Shown here in pieces: positions 12,861-25,282 of a DNA stretch of 64,000 bases. This DNA comes from Mustelus asterias (lineage: Eukaryota). Where the stretch lies: positions 248,001 through 312,000 of the forward strand of contig NW_027590140.1 in NCBI RefSeq assembly GCF_964213995.1. Direction: 5' to 3'. Within the stretch, counting starts at the first letter, position 1. Every line of letters begins with the position of its first letter. A model generated the notes under the pieces. It had not been told where the DNA came from. It was given only the letters and a program-made list of their open reading frames with translations, and did not search any database. Both the position numbers and the translations under genes were made by a program.

Positions 12861-14090
12861 ATTCTCTCACTATCCCCTTCACTACCCTCAGACTGTACTT
12901 TACCCTTTACCTCCGCTAATCGTTCCCGATGTTTACTTTTGAAGGCCAGTTTCCGAAGTTCAAAGTCTGTCTATTTTCCCTTCCCCCTTTCCCTTGCCTC
13001 CTTTTTTTTCTTTTGCCTGTAATTCGAATAGATTTCATTATTTTGCTTGCTGTTCCTCCCTTTCGTTTCCTTTTGCCTGCAATTCACAGAGTTTTAATTA
13101 TTTTTCATTCAGTCAGTTTCATTTGTAACTGAATTCTCGCCATTTCCAACGATTCTGACTGTGCTTCTGACAATTCCAAATGCTGTGCTGTCGCCACAAT
13201 TATCTCTCGTTTCCGTACTCTGTCAGCCAATGTCAACTACAATGTGTTTCCAATTCCAAAAGCTTTGCTTTCGTCACTTTCTGTGAGGTAACTTGCGTGA
13301 CTTCCTCCACCCGCAGAAACTTCTGAGCCTCGGAAAGAGCCATCAATCCAAACCACACTCCCCATTTAAACTGGAATACAACACCTGAAAAGAAAACACA
13401 AATCTGCGCACCACTCAATGTCTTTGAGTTCACTAATCCCAAATCAATCAAGAAATCCCGGAGCCCCCAGTTGTAATCAGTCAGGTTGGATACTTCCAGG
13501 TGTTCCATGAAGCTCGAGTGACCTGTAACGCTTTACCTTGAATCTGGCCAGAAGGAGCACGAGAGGTTTCACTTCAGGTGTGAGTGAACTGACCCACGAG
13601 GAACTCTTATTCAAAACAAAGTTTAATTAAGAATATTGTTGACGTGGATAGTAAGACAATTAGCAAGAACTTTTAACAATTGCAAACAAGAAACACAACA
13701 ACCACGGTAATGTACACCTCTGAAGGAAATATCTCTAGTGTGTTCCAACCAAAGCCAACATCCAATCCACAAAACCCTCCAAATCAGCACAATACAGCAG
13801 AGGTAAATGCCGAATTATTACACGTGTCCAGCCTCCTGGGCTGAATGCTCAAACTCCCTTGAGAAGAAACTCAGAAGAGGTTGTAGTCGAATCTGTTTCA
13901 CAAAACACAGCCTTCTAAAAAGAGAAGGACAGGGAGAGGGAGAGAGAGAGACTGTTTCTTAGTTTCCTGCTAAACTGCTTCCCACAACTAAACTAAAAGA
14001 CCAAAAGGAAAAAAATGATCACGTGACTGCCACAGCTTATTTCCACCTCCATGTAAGCTGCACGATTTAAATAATAATTCTTCAAGGAAC
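12861..14090 (-). mobile_element. Gypsy-type LTR retrotransposon remnant: 5' LTR, tRNA-Pro PBS, start of gag
   Basis: Reverse strand reads ...ATTACA (LTR end at 13472), AC, TGGGGGCTCCGGGAT (13455-13469; tRNA-Pro PBS TGGGGGCTCGTCCGGGAT lacking 3 nt), then gag-like MALSEAQKFL...KVTKAKLLEL; far LTR boundary approximate. Confidence 0.65.
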
Positions 14091-14092
14091 AC

Positions 14093-14404
14093 TCACAAAG
14101 AACAAAGAACAATACAGCACAGGAACAGGCCCTTCAGCCCTCCAAGCCCGTGCCGCTCCCTGGTCCAAACTAGACCATTCTTTTGTATCCCTCCATTCCC
14201 ACTCCCTTCATATGGCTACCTAGATAAGTCGTAAACGTTCCCATTGTGTCCGCCTCCACCACCTTGCCTGGCAGCGCATTCCAGGCCCCCACCACCCTCT
14301 GTGTAAAATATATCCTTCTGATATCTGTGTTAAACCTCTTCCCCTTTACCTTGAACCTATGACCCCTCGTGAACGTCACCACCGACCTGGGGAAAAGCTT
14401 CCCA
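14093..14404 (-). mobile_element. Young CR1 3' end
   Basis: ORF 14170-14382, near-identical to 2267-2622 and 49600-49900. Confidence 0.85.
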
Positions 14405-14544
14405 TGACAACATTAACACTCACGCTCTCAACTCACCACTCCCCATTACCCCAACACTCTCCCTCTCACATCAACACTACCCTGCCACTTCAACACACAC
14501 CCTCATCTCAACACACTCCCGCTCACCTCAAGAACCTCAGCCCT

Positions 14545-17500
14545 TAAATCTTTGCAACAGATTTGAGGTTCTTGCCACCAGTGTCGATGGGAAAAATGAC
14601 TGTGAGAAGGACGAGCAAACTGTCAGCAGTACTAGGGTGCAGGGTGCTGCTGCAACGGAGAAATCAAAGAGAAATGTAGTAGTAATTGGGGATAGTGTAG
14701 TTAAGGACATAGACACTGTTCTTTTTGACCAGGATAAGGAATACCTGAGGTTGTGTTACCTGCCTGGTGCTTGGGTCCAGGATGTATCATCTGGGCTGTA
14801 GAGGAATCTGGAGTGTGAGGGTGAAAATCCAGTTGTCGTGGTCTATGTAGGTGCCAATGACATAGACAAAACAGGAATTAAGGATCTGCAGAGGCAGTAC
14901 GAAGAGCTGGGGAACAAATTAAAAAGCAGAACCAACAAGGTGGTAATCTCTGGATTACTACCTGAGGCACGCGCAAATTGGTGCAGGGTTAATAGGATTA
15001 AGGAGACGAATGCTTGGCTCAAGGATTGGTGTGGGAGGAATGGGTTCGAACTCATGGGGCATTGGCACCAGTATTTGGGCAGATGGGACCTGCAGAGATG
15101 GGATGGTCTCCGTTTGAACCGTGCTGGGACCAGAGTCCGAGCGAATCGTATCACTAGGGCTGAATATAGGGCTTTAAACTAATTTATGGGGAGGAGGGTG
15201 CAGAGGTAAGAGGAATTACGAAATCAATGGTAGAGGAGAGGAAGCGAGTGCAAGTGAATGAGGGCATTCAAGTAGTTAAAGGAGTTGAGGGCGAGAGAGA
15301 CGTTGATAGTGTTTCATCAAATCGGGTCCAGATAAAAGCTGGAATAAAGACACTTTGCCTGAATGCACGAAACATTCGGAACAAAGTTAATGAGTTGATG
15401 GTGCAAATCAGCACAAATGGGTATGATCTAGTGACCATTACAGAAACGTGGCTGCAGGGAGACCAGGACTGGGAGATGAATATCCAGGGGTATCAGGCAT
15501 TTAGGAAGAATAGACAGGAAGGAAAAGGTGGTGGGGTAGCTCTGTTAATAAAAGATAATGATGTGGAGATGCCGGCGTTGGACTGGGGTAAGCACAGTAA
15601 GAAGTCTCACAACACCAGGTTAAAGTCCAACAGGTTTATTTGGTAGCAAATACCATCTTGGAGATCCTCTCCACTTGGAGCCGGCAGTTTGCGGTGTCGA
15701 TGGTAGTCATGATGTGGAGATGCCAGCGTTGGACTGGGGTAAGCACAGTAAGAAGTCTCCCAACACCAGGTGAAAGTCCAACAGGTTTATTTGGGAGCAA
15801 ATGCCATGTATTTGCTACCAAATAAACCTGTTGGACTTTAACCTGGTGTTGTGAGACTTCTTACAATAAAAGATAACATCAGGGTAGTAGTGAGGGATGA
15901 CATAGGCTCCAAGGAACAAAACGTGGAATCGTTATGGGTGGAGATAAGGACTAGTAGGGGGAGAAAGACACTAGTAGGCGTGGCCTATAAGCCCCCAAAT
16001 AATATTGTTGAGGTGGGGAGGGCTATAAACAAGCAAATAATGGATGCGTGCAAAAACGGAGCGGCAATAATCATGGGGGGCTTCAACCTGCATATTGATT
16101 GGCTGACTCAAGTTGGAAGGGGTGGGATGGAGGAAGAGTTCTTAGAATGCTGTTGGGACAGTTACCTTGAACAGTATGTTACAGAACCGACGAAGGAACG
16201 AGTCATCTTAGATCTGGCAATATGTAACGAGGTAGGGAGAATTAAGGATGTTTTGTGAAGGATCCTCTGGGGTCAAGTGATCACAATATGGTCGAATTTC
16301 TGATACAAATGGAAGAGGAGAAAGTAGGGTCCCATACCACTGTCCTCTGTTTGAACAGAGGGAAGTACGATAGGATGAGGGCTGAATTGGCTAAGGTGGG
16401 CTGGGTTAGCAGACTGGTAGATAGGACAACTGAGGAACAGTGGAGGATTTTTAAGGAGATCCTTTTCAGTACTCAGCAACAATATATTCTGGTGATAAAG
16501 AAGGACTGTAAGAAAAGGGACAGCCAGCCGTGGATAACGAAGGAAATTAAGGAGAGTATTAAATTAAAGACCGATGCGTACAGAGTGGCCAAAAATAGTG
16601 GAGAATTGGAAGATTGGAAAAACTTTAAGAAACAACAAAGAACGACTAAGAAAGCGACAAGGAAAGGAAAGATAGGTTATGAAGCTCGGCTAGCTCTAAA
16701 TTTAAAAAAATGATAGTAAAAGCTTTTACAAATATATAAAAAGGAATAGAGTGGCAAGAGTGAATGTTAGACCCTTGGAGGACGAGGGGGGGATTTAATA
16801 GTGGGAAATGAGGAATTGGCTGACACTTTAAATACGTTTTTTGTGTCGGTCTTCACGGTGGAAGACACAAATAGTTTACCAAATATTAATGATAGAGGGT
16901 TGGTAGGAGGAGAGGTACTCAATACAATTAATGTTCGCAGGGAGGCAGTGCTTGGTAAACTAACGGGACTGATGGTGGACAAGTCCCCGGGCCCGGATGG
17001 AATGCATCCCAGGGTATTGAAAGAAATGTCATAGGTAATAGCGGATGCGTTAGTGGTTATGTATCAAAATTCGTTGGATACTGGGGTAGTGCCGGCGGAT
17101 TGGAAAACGGCTAATGTTACGCCGCTGTTTAAAAAAGGAAATAGACAAAAGGCGGGTAACTACAGGCCGGTTAGCTTAACGTCTGTAGTTGGGAAAATGC
17201 TGGAATCCATCATTAAAGAAGAAATAGCAGGCCATCTGGATAAGAATGGTTCGATTAAGCAGACGCAGCATGGATTCATGAGGGGAAAGTCGTGTTTGAC
17301 GAACTTGTTGGATTTTTATGAAGATGTGACGAGTGCGGTTGACGGAGGGGAATCGGTGGATGCGGTGTTTTTGGATTGCCAAAAGCGTTTGATCAGGTGC
17401 CTCACAAAAGGTTGCTGAAGAAGACTGGGTCACACAGAGTTGGGGGTAGGGTGTTAACGTGGATTGGGGATTGGCTATCCGACAGGAGGCGGAGAGTCGG

Positions 17501-18565
17501 AATAAATGGGTGCTTTTCTGGTTGGCAGATGGTAACTAGTTGAGTGCCGCAGGGATCGGTACTGGGGCCTCAACTATTTACCATTTATATAGACGATCTG
17601 GAGGAGGGGACTGAGTGTAGGGTAACAACGTTTGTAGACAACACAAAGATAAGTGGAAAAGTGAATCGTGTGGAGGGCGTAGAAGGTCTGCAGAGAGATT
17701 TGGACAGGCTGAGTGAGTGGGCGAGGATCTGGCAGATGGAGTATAATGTTAACAAATGCGAGGTTATTCACTTTGGAAGAAATAATAGCAAATTGGATTA
17801 TTATCTAAATGGAAAGAAATTACAACATGCTGCTGTGCAGAGGGACCTGGGGTCCTTGTGCATGAGATGCAAAAACCCAGTCTGCAGGTGCAACAGGTGA
17901 TCAAGAAGGCAAATGGGATGTTGGCCTATATCACAAGGGGGATAAAATATAAAAGCAGAGATGTCTTGCTGCATCTGTACAGGGCATTGGTGAGGCCGCA
18001 GCTGGAATACTGTGCACAGTATTGGTCCCCTTATTTGCGGAAGGATATATTGGCCTTGGAGGGAGTGCAGAGCAGGTTCACCAGGTTGATACCAGAGATG
18101 AGAGGTGTTGATTATGAGGAAAGACTGAGCAGATTGGGTTTGTATTCATTGGAATTTAGAAGGCTGAGGGGGGATCTTATGGAGACCTATAAGATAATGA
18201 AGGGGCTGGATAGGGTAGAGATGGAGAGATTCTTTCCACTTAGAAAGGAAACTAGAACTAGAGGGCACAGCCTCAAAACAAAAGGGGGTCAGTTTAGGAC
18301 AGAGTTGAGGAGGAACTTCTTCTTTCAGAGGGTGGTGAATCTCTGGAATTCTCTGCCCACTGAAGTGGTGGAGGCTACCTCGTTGAATATGTTTAAATCA
18401 CGGATAGATGGATTCCTGATCGGTAAGGGAATTAGGGGTTATGGGGATCAGGCGGGTAAGTGGAACTGATCCACTTCAAATCAGCCATGATCTTATTGAA
18501 TGGTGGGGCAGGCTCGAGGGGCTAGATGGCCTACTCCTGCTCCTATTTCTTATGTTCTTATATTC
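14545..18565 (+). mobile_element. Nearly full-length CR1 LINE (ORF1 SGNH esterase, APE endonuclease, RT), decayed
   Basis: VVVIGDS...VYVGANDI...DGLRLN esterase blocks; LCLNARNIRNK, ITETWL, GGGVALL endonuclease motifs; RT motifs through 18469; several frameshifts and stops. Confidence 0.92.
15559..15864. mobile_element. Non-autonomous Penelope-like pLTR insertion (two tandem arms plus one inverted arm)
   Basis: 12-bp TSD AATAAAAGATAA at 15547-15558 and 15865-15876; splits the CR1 endonuclease at GVALLIKDN|IRVVVRDD. Confidence 0.85.
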
Positions 18566-18646
18566 TGATGTAAACTCAAACCAAGGGAAATGTTTGTCTC
18601 GTCTCAATTTCTACCTTGGACTGACAATGTTGACTTGATTTTACAG

Positions 18647-18729
18647 GATATGAGAAGATCAGTACCAAAAACCAAACGAAACATCAGATTGATACCTGAC
18701 GGATTCACTCAATTCATCAGAACCCGAAT
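18647..18729 (+). other. Putative non-coding cassette exon homologous to the 5' end of the zinc-finger terminal exon
   Basis: TTTTACAG acceptor, GTAAGT donor at 18730; similar to 24224-24329 and 32383-32480. Confidence 0.45.
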
Positions 18730-18829
18730 GTAAGTGTGTCATGAATGGAATTGAAATTCAGAATGCAAATTTTAAATTGATTTGCTCTTTAACCAGAGCT
18801 TGTGTAGGTCAATGAGGACAGGAATTTAG

Positions 18830-19875
18830 ATAGATTCAAATTTATCATGGGTCGAATGTGGAAGTCTGGCCAGTCAACTACTGGACGACGAAGGGTACTC
18901 TGTCCACCGTGTCCCGTGTTTGTCTTCTGAGGAGGTCGGTGCGGTTTTTCGCTCTGGCACATTGGAACTGTTGATCGATGAGTCAAGCATCATATCCTGT
19001 TCTTATGAGGGCATCTTTCAGCATCTGGAGGTGTCTGTTGCGATCCTCCTCATCCGAGCAGATCCTGTGTATACGGAGGGCTTGTCCGTAGGGGATGGCT
19101 TCTTGAACGTGTTTAGGGTGGAAGCTGGAGAAGTGGAGCATCGTGAGGTTGTCCGTGGGCTTGCGGTACAGTGAGGTGCTGAGGTGACCATCCTTAATGG
19201 AGATGCGTGTGTCCAAGAATGCTATCGATTCTGGAGAGTAGTCCATGGTGAGTCTGATGGTGGGATGGAACTTGTTGATGTCATCATATAGTTGTTTCAG
19301 TGATTGTTCGCCATTAGTCCAAAGGAAGAAAATGTCATCGATGTATCTCGTGTATAGCATCGGTTGTAGGTCCTGTGTGGTGAAGAAGTTTTGTTCGAAC
19401 CTGTGCATGAAGATGTTGGCATATTGAGGTGCGAATATGGTCCCCATGGCTGTTCCGTATGCCTGGATGAAGAACTGGTTGTTGAAGGTGAAGTCATTGT
19501 CCAGGATGAAGCGGATGAGTTATAAAATTGCATCTGGAAACTGGCAGTTGTCGGTGTTGAATACTGAGGCAGTTGCAGCAATGCCATCATCGTGGGGGAT
19601 GCTGGTGGAGAGTGCCAAGACATCCATTGTGACGAGGAGTGCTCCTGGTTCAACTGCTCCATGTGTGCTGAGTTTCTGTAGGAAGTCCGTAGTGTCGTGA
19701 CAAAAGCTGGGGGTTCTTTGTACAATGGGTTTCAGGATGCCCTCGACATAGCCGGAGAGGTTCTCGCACAGGATCCCATTGCCCGATACGATGGGACGGC
19801 CAGGTGTGTTTGCCTTGTGTATCTTCGGGAGGCAGTAGAGATCTCCAACGCGGGGAGTACGTGGGATGAGAGCAC
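18830..19875 (-). mobile_element. Penelope-like element reverse transcriptase fragment
   Basis: ORF 18983-19447: GTIFAPQYANIFM, YTRYIDDIFFLW, FLDTRISIK, LYRKPTD, HPKHVQEAIPYGQALRIHRICS; upstream frames give GRPIVSGNG and LVTMDVLAL. Confidence 0.88.
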
Positions 19876-20088
19876 GGAGGGTTCTGTTGTCTCCTCATTA
19901 AATCTCTGAATTCTTCCGGTTTGGGAAAATTTGAAACACAAAGTTTGCAGTGGGCTTTGAAGCGGGAAAATTCTCCTGTAAAGTTGCGGGGGAAATGAGT
20001 GTGAATCCCCCAGCCCCGGACAGAGGGCAACTGACCATCCATCTCCAGCTCTAATTCCCAAACAGAAAATGCTGCCAATAATCAGCAA

Positions 20089-20168
20089 TGATGAGGAAAT
20101 GCCGGCGTTGGACTGGGGTAAATACAGTAAGAAGTTGGACTTTAACCTGGTGTTGTCAGACTTCGTAC
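20089..20168. mobile_element. 80-bp minimal Penelope-like pLTR inverted insertion
   Basis: 12-bp TSD AATAATCAGCAA at 20077-20088 and 20169-20180; same termini as 15559-15864. Confidence 0.8.
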
Positions 20169-20229
20169 AATAATCAGCAAGTCAGCCTGAGTCTGTGGCC
20201 ACTCCCACCATCTGAAACTGTCACAATGT

Positions 20230-20416
20230 TTGGCTGATTGACGGAAGGCTCCGGACCAATAGACAGATAGGGGGCGGGACTGGAGGACCGAGCGGGAGCG
20301 GCTGGTCCTCCAACCAATGGGAGTGAATGAAGGGCGGGGCTTGAACTGGAGCATGCGCTGTGTGAGTAATGGCGAGAGAGATTGAGGTCGGATGTACATT
20401 GGACTGGTCGGTAAGT
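20230..20416 (+). promoter_or_regulatory. CpG-rich promoter and short first exon, probably of the downstream zinc-finger gene
   Basis: CCAAT at 20256 and 20314, GC boxes at ~20271 and 20332, NRF1-like GCATGCGC at 20351, YY1-like AATGGCG at 20368, GTAAGT donor at 20411. Confidence 0.55.
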
Positions 20417-20869
20417 GGACGGAATGGCGGCTCGGAGAGAGCGATGAATCGGGTGGGTGGACGTAGCCAGGTGATGTAAAACGTAAACTCAGAAAATGGA
20501 ATCCCCTGTTCTCGTCTGCAGCCAGCGGAGCCCAGTTATTTTTCCCGTTTCTGCCCCGAGTTCACGGCCATGTTTCCAGTGGGCGCTGTGCGCCTGCGCC
20601 TACGCACCTGAGGAGCGCTGTGAGGACAGCGCATGCCCAGTCCCCATGTCTGTCTGGGTTTGACCAAAGGGCAGAGGTGAGGAGTGTTTCAGAGGGGATG
20701 TGAGGAAAGAATGTTTACCAGACTTGGCTGGAAATATGGAACTCGCTGCCTGAGTGGGTGGTGGAGGCAGGGAGCCTCTCATTTCAGAAGCATCTAGACA
20801 ATTATTTAAATCGCCAAGGTGCAGTAGGCGATAATCCAAGTGCAAATAAATGGGATTAGTCTAGATTGG

Positions 20870-23560
20870 AAGTGAGGGGGGCTGGTGGGGGAGTGAGGGG
20901 GGCTGGTGGGGATTGGTGGAAGGGTGGGGGCCTTTGGGGTGGATGGGGTGTGGGTTGAGGGGGCGTGGGGGGAGGGGGTGCGGGAGTCGTTGGGGGAGGG
21001 GGTGTGGGGGTCATTGGGGGAGGGGTGTGGGGGTCATTGGGGGAGGGGGGGCGGGTGGGGGGGAGGGAGGGGGCGGGTGGGTGGGTGGGTGGGAGGGGGG
21101 GCTGGGGGGGTGGGTGGGAGGGGGGGCTGGGGGGGTGGGCGGGAGGGGGTGGGGGGTGTGGGGGTCATTGGAGGGGGGTGGGGGTTGTTGTGGGGACGGG
21201 TGGGTGGGAGGGAGTGGGGGTGGGGGTTGTTGTGGGGACGGGTGGGTGGGAGGGTGTGGGGGTAGGGGTTGTTGGGGCGGATGGGGGGGTGGGTGGGTGG
21301 GGAGGAGGGGACGGTTGGGGGGGAGGTGTCGTTGGGGGGAGGTGGCGTGGTGGTCGTTGGGGGGAGATGGCGTGGGGGTCGTTGGGGGGGTGGGGACTGT
21401 TGGGGGGGGGAGTGGACGTGGGGGCGGTTGGGGGGGAGTGGACGTGGGGATGGTTGGGGGGGAGGGGACGGTTGGGGGGAGTGGACGTGGGGGCGGTTGG
21501 GGGTGAACGGGTGTGGGGACGGTTGGGGGGGAGGGGACGGTTGGGGGGGGTGAACGTGGGGGCGGTTGGGGGGGAACAGGTGTGGGGACGGTTGGGGAGG
21601 AGGGGACGGTTGGGGGGCGTGGACGTGGGGGGGGAACGGGTGTGGGGATGGTTGGGGGGAGGGGGGCGGTGGGGGCGAGTGGACGTGGGGGCGGTTGGGG
21701 GGAGGGGGGCCTTTGTGGGGGGGTGGGGGCGGTTGGGGGGGAGGGCGCGTGGGGGCAGTTGGGGAGAGGGGGGGAGTGGCGGTTGGGGGGGATGGGGCGG
21801 TTGGGGGGATGGGGCGTGGGGGCGGTTGGTGGGGGTAGCGGTGTTTGGGGGGGACGGTGCATGGGGGTCGTTGGGGGAGGGGGTGTGGGGGTCGATGGCG
21901 GGGTTGGTAGTTGTGGGGGAGGGGGCGTGGGGGTGATTTGGGGGGAGGGGGCGTGGGTCTGATTGGGGGGCAGGGGGTGATTGGGGGGGCGTGTGGGGGT
22001 GATGTAAGGGGGACGGGCCTTGGGGGTGGAGGGGGCTTGGGGGTGATTGGGGGGAGGGGGCGTGGTGCTGATTGGGGGAAGAGGGTGTGGGGGTGATTGG
22101 GGGGAAGGGGGCATGGGGGTGATTGGGGGGGAGGGGGCGTGGGGCGGTTGGGGGGAGGGGGTGTGGGGGTGGTTATGGGGGAGGGGGCCTGGGGGCGGTT
22201 GGGGGGGGTGTGGGGAGGGGGAGTGGGGGCGGTTGGGGGGGAGGGGGTGTGGGGGTTGTTGGGTGGATGTGGGGGTCATTAGGGCGTGGGTGTTGTAGGG
22301 GGTGTGGGGGTCTTTGGGGGAGGAGGTGTGGGGGTCGATGAGGGGGTTGAGAAAAGGGGGCGTGGGGTTTGTTGTGGGAGGGGGGCATGGGGGCGGTTGG
22401 GGGGAGGGGGCGTGGGGGCGGTTGGGGGGAGTCGGCGTGGGGGGGAGGGGGCTTGGGGGCGGGTGGTTGGGGGGGAGGAGGCGTGGGGGTCTGGGGGTGG
22501 TTGAAGGGGAGTGGACGTTGGGGCAGTTGGGGGGAGGGGGCATGGGGAGGAGGGGGCAGGTGGGAGCGTGGGGGCGGTTGGGGAGAGGGGGTGGGGGCGG
22601 TTGGGGGGAGGGGGCTGGTCAGGGGGAAGGGGACGGTTGGGGGAGAGGGGGCGTGGGGGGTGGTTAGGGGGAGGGGGTGTGGGGGCAAGGGGGCGGTTGG
22701 GGCAGTGAGGGTGGTTGTGGGGAGGGGGCGGGTGGTGGCATGGGGGCGGTTGTGGAAGAGTGGACGTGGGGGCGGTTGGGGGGGAGGGGGCCGGTGGGGG
22801 CGGTTGGGGGGGAGGGGGCGGTTGTGGAAGAGTAGACGTGGGGGCGGTTGGGGGGGGAGGGGGCGGGTGGGAGCATTGAGGGGAGGGGGGAAGAGGGTGT
22901 GGGGGGCGGTTGGGGGAGAGGGGGGCGTGGGGGCGGTTGGGGGCAGTGAGGGTGGTTGTGGGGAGGGGGCGGTTGGGGGGAGGGGGCATGGGGCGGTTGG
23001 GGGAGGGGGCATGGGGGTTAGGGGGTGTTTGGGGGTAGGGGACCTGGGGGCAGTTGGGGGGGAGGGTGCGTGGGGGCGGTGGTTTGGAGGGGACGGTTGG
23101 GGGGAAGGGGACATGGGGGAGGTTCGAGGGGGGGGCAGTTGGTGTGGAGGGGCGGGAGGGTTGTTGGGGGGAGGGGGTGAGGCTTGGTTGAGGGGGAGGG
23201 TTCGGTGTGGGGGGAGTGGGTGTGGGGGGGTGTAGGTTGGGTGGGGGAGGGGGTGTGGGGTTGGTTTGGGGGATGGGCATGGAGGTGGGGAGTAGGGGGA
23301 AACTGGGGTGATGTCAGGAGGGGAGTGGGGTGAGGTTGAGAAAGAGAAGCGAGGTTGGGGGTGGGTGTTGGGTTGTGAGAGGGATGGGTGTCAGGGGGAG
23401 GGAAGGGTTGAGGGGGCTGGGGACAGCGGTGGGGGTGAGGGGAGGGGTTTGGGAGAGGTGTTGGGGAAGCGGAGAGGGAGCTTTAGGGGTGGGGAGGGAA
23501 CTGGTATAGGGTTTTGGGGAGGGAGATCGGGTGGGAGCTAGTGATAGTGCTGGGGGAGGG
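20870..23560 (+). repeat. 2.7-kb G-rich low-complexity, degenerate minisatellite tract
   Basis: Dense G runs with the recurring motif GGGGGCGGTTGGGGGGGAGGGGGCGTG; the Gly-rich and Pro-rich ORFs here are compositional artefacts. Confidence 0.9.
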
Positions 23561-23811
23561 CGGGTGAGGGGAGAGAGCCATTCCCTGAGTGAAGCACTGG
23601 GATATAGTGCTGGGAATGTGGAAGCCATTACCAGCAGAGTTTGAGATCTATGTCTGAGCTTAAAATATAGAGGTGACTCACACTGTTAGCAGATTGTTAA
23701 CCAGCTGTGATAGGAAAGAAACTCACTCTACAGGCATGATAGGTGCTTGATGGCTGGCGCTGACACAGTAATGGTCACTTACTGTGCTGTGAGACCACAT
23801 GAGTCCATTGT

Positions 23812-24130
23812 CAGGTGGAACAGTGGTTCGCATTGCTGCCTCACATCGCCAGGAACCCGAGTTCGATTCCCGGCTTGGGTAACTGCCTGTCCAGAGTCTG
23901 CACGTCCTCCCTGTATTTGCATTGGTTTCCCGGATGCTCTGGATTTCTCCCACAATTCAAAGATGTGTAGGTTAGGTGGATTGGCCATGCTAAATTGCCC
24001 CTTAATGCCAGGGGGATTAGTAGGGTAAATACATGGGGTGACGGGTATAGGGCCTGAGGGGGATTGTTGTCAGTGAAGGCTTGGTGGGTGAATGGCCTTT
24101 CCTGGGACTGCCGGGATTCTATGATTCTAA
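23812..24130 (+). mobile_element. HE1-like SINE with CR1-type tail
   Basis: GGTGGAACAGTGGTT...CTGCCTCAC...GAGTTCGATTCCCGGC, GTTAGGTGGATTGGCCATGCTAAATTGCCC, ending in ATTCTATGATTCTA. Confidence 0.8.
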
Positions 24131-24223
24131 CTGTACGGAACTGCTGTTGTAATGGCACAGGCCATCGGCAAGACCACATCTGGAGTACCGCACACAATTT
24201 TAGTCCCCTTACTTTTCTTGCAG

Positions 24224-24329
24224 GATAATTGGTGAAGATTCTTAGACAGGAAACTCGATCCAAGCATCACATCGAAGTTGGACAGAATCACTCGATTTGT
24301 CAGGACTTGGATATTATCAGCCTCTGAGT
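24224..24329 (+). other. Putative 5' UTR cassette exon of the zinc-finger gene
   Basis: TTTTCTTGCAG acceptor, GTAAGT donor at 24330; homologous to the start of the exon at 32383. Confidence 0.5.
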
Positions 24330-24384
24330 GTAAGTATTGAATTCCAGGTCATTACCACTCACTGTGTAAAAATTCTTCCCCACA

Positions 24385-25282
24385 TATTTGATTTGATTTA
24401 TTGTCACATCTTTAGTATACAGTGAAGGTATTACTTCTTGCGCACCATACAAACAAAGCATAACATTCATAGAGAAGGAAGGGAGAGTGTGCAGAATCTA
24501 GTGCTACAGTCCTAGCTAGGGTGTTGAGAAAGATCAACGTAATGCGAGGTAGGTCCATTCAAAAGCCTGATGGCAGCAGGGAAGAAGCTGTTCTTGAGTT
24601 GGTTGGTACGTGACCTCAGACTTGTGTACCTTTTTTTTCCGGTCGAAGAGAGTATGTCCTGGGTGCGTGGGCTGCTTAATTATGCTGGCTGCTTTTCCCG
24701 AGGCAGCGGGAAGTGTGGCCGGTATCAACGGGTGGGAGACTGGTTTGTATGATAAACTGGGCTTCGTTCACAACCCTTTGTCATTTTTTGCAGTCTTGGG
24801 CAGAGCAGGAGCCAGACCAAGCTGTGATACAGCCAGAAACAATGCTTTCGATGGTGCATCTGTAAAAGCTGGTGAGAGTCATAGCTGACATGCCAAATTT
24901 CCTTGGCCTCCTGAGAAAGTTAGTGAGGTTTCTTAACTTTGGCGTCGGCATGGGGGGACCAGGACAGGTGGTTGATGATCTGAACATGTAAAAAGTTGAA
25001 GCTCTTGACCATTTCTACTTTGTCCCCTTTGATGTAGACAGGGGCATGTCCTCCACTACGCTTCCTGAAGGCAATGATTATCATCTTCATTTTGTTGATA
25101 ATCAGGGAGAGATTATTGTCGTTGCACCAGTTCACCAGATTCTCCATCTCTTTCCTGTTCGTCGTCTCATCATTGTTTGAAATCCGACCCACTATGGTGG
25201 TGTCATCAGCAAACTTGAAAATCAAGTTGGAGGGGAATTTGGCCAACTAGTCATAGGTGTATAAGGAGTATAGTAAGGGGCC
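24385..25282 (-). mobile_element. Rex1/Babar-like LINE 3' part
   Basis: ORF 24920-25246 FKFADDTTIVGRISNNDE...LVNWCNDNNLSL; LTSFYRCTIESIVSGCITAW; (AAATC)n tail. Confidence 0.8.

Noticed and set aside
20906-23280. Long Gly-rich and Pro-rich ORFs (extensin- or collagen-like proteins)
   Set aside because: Open in nearly all frames because the G-rich composition lacks stop codons; no splice or codon structure
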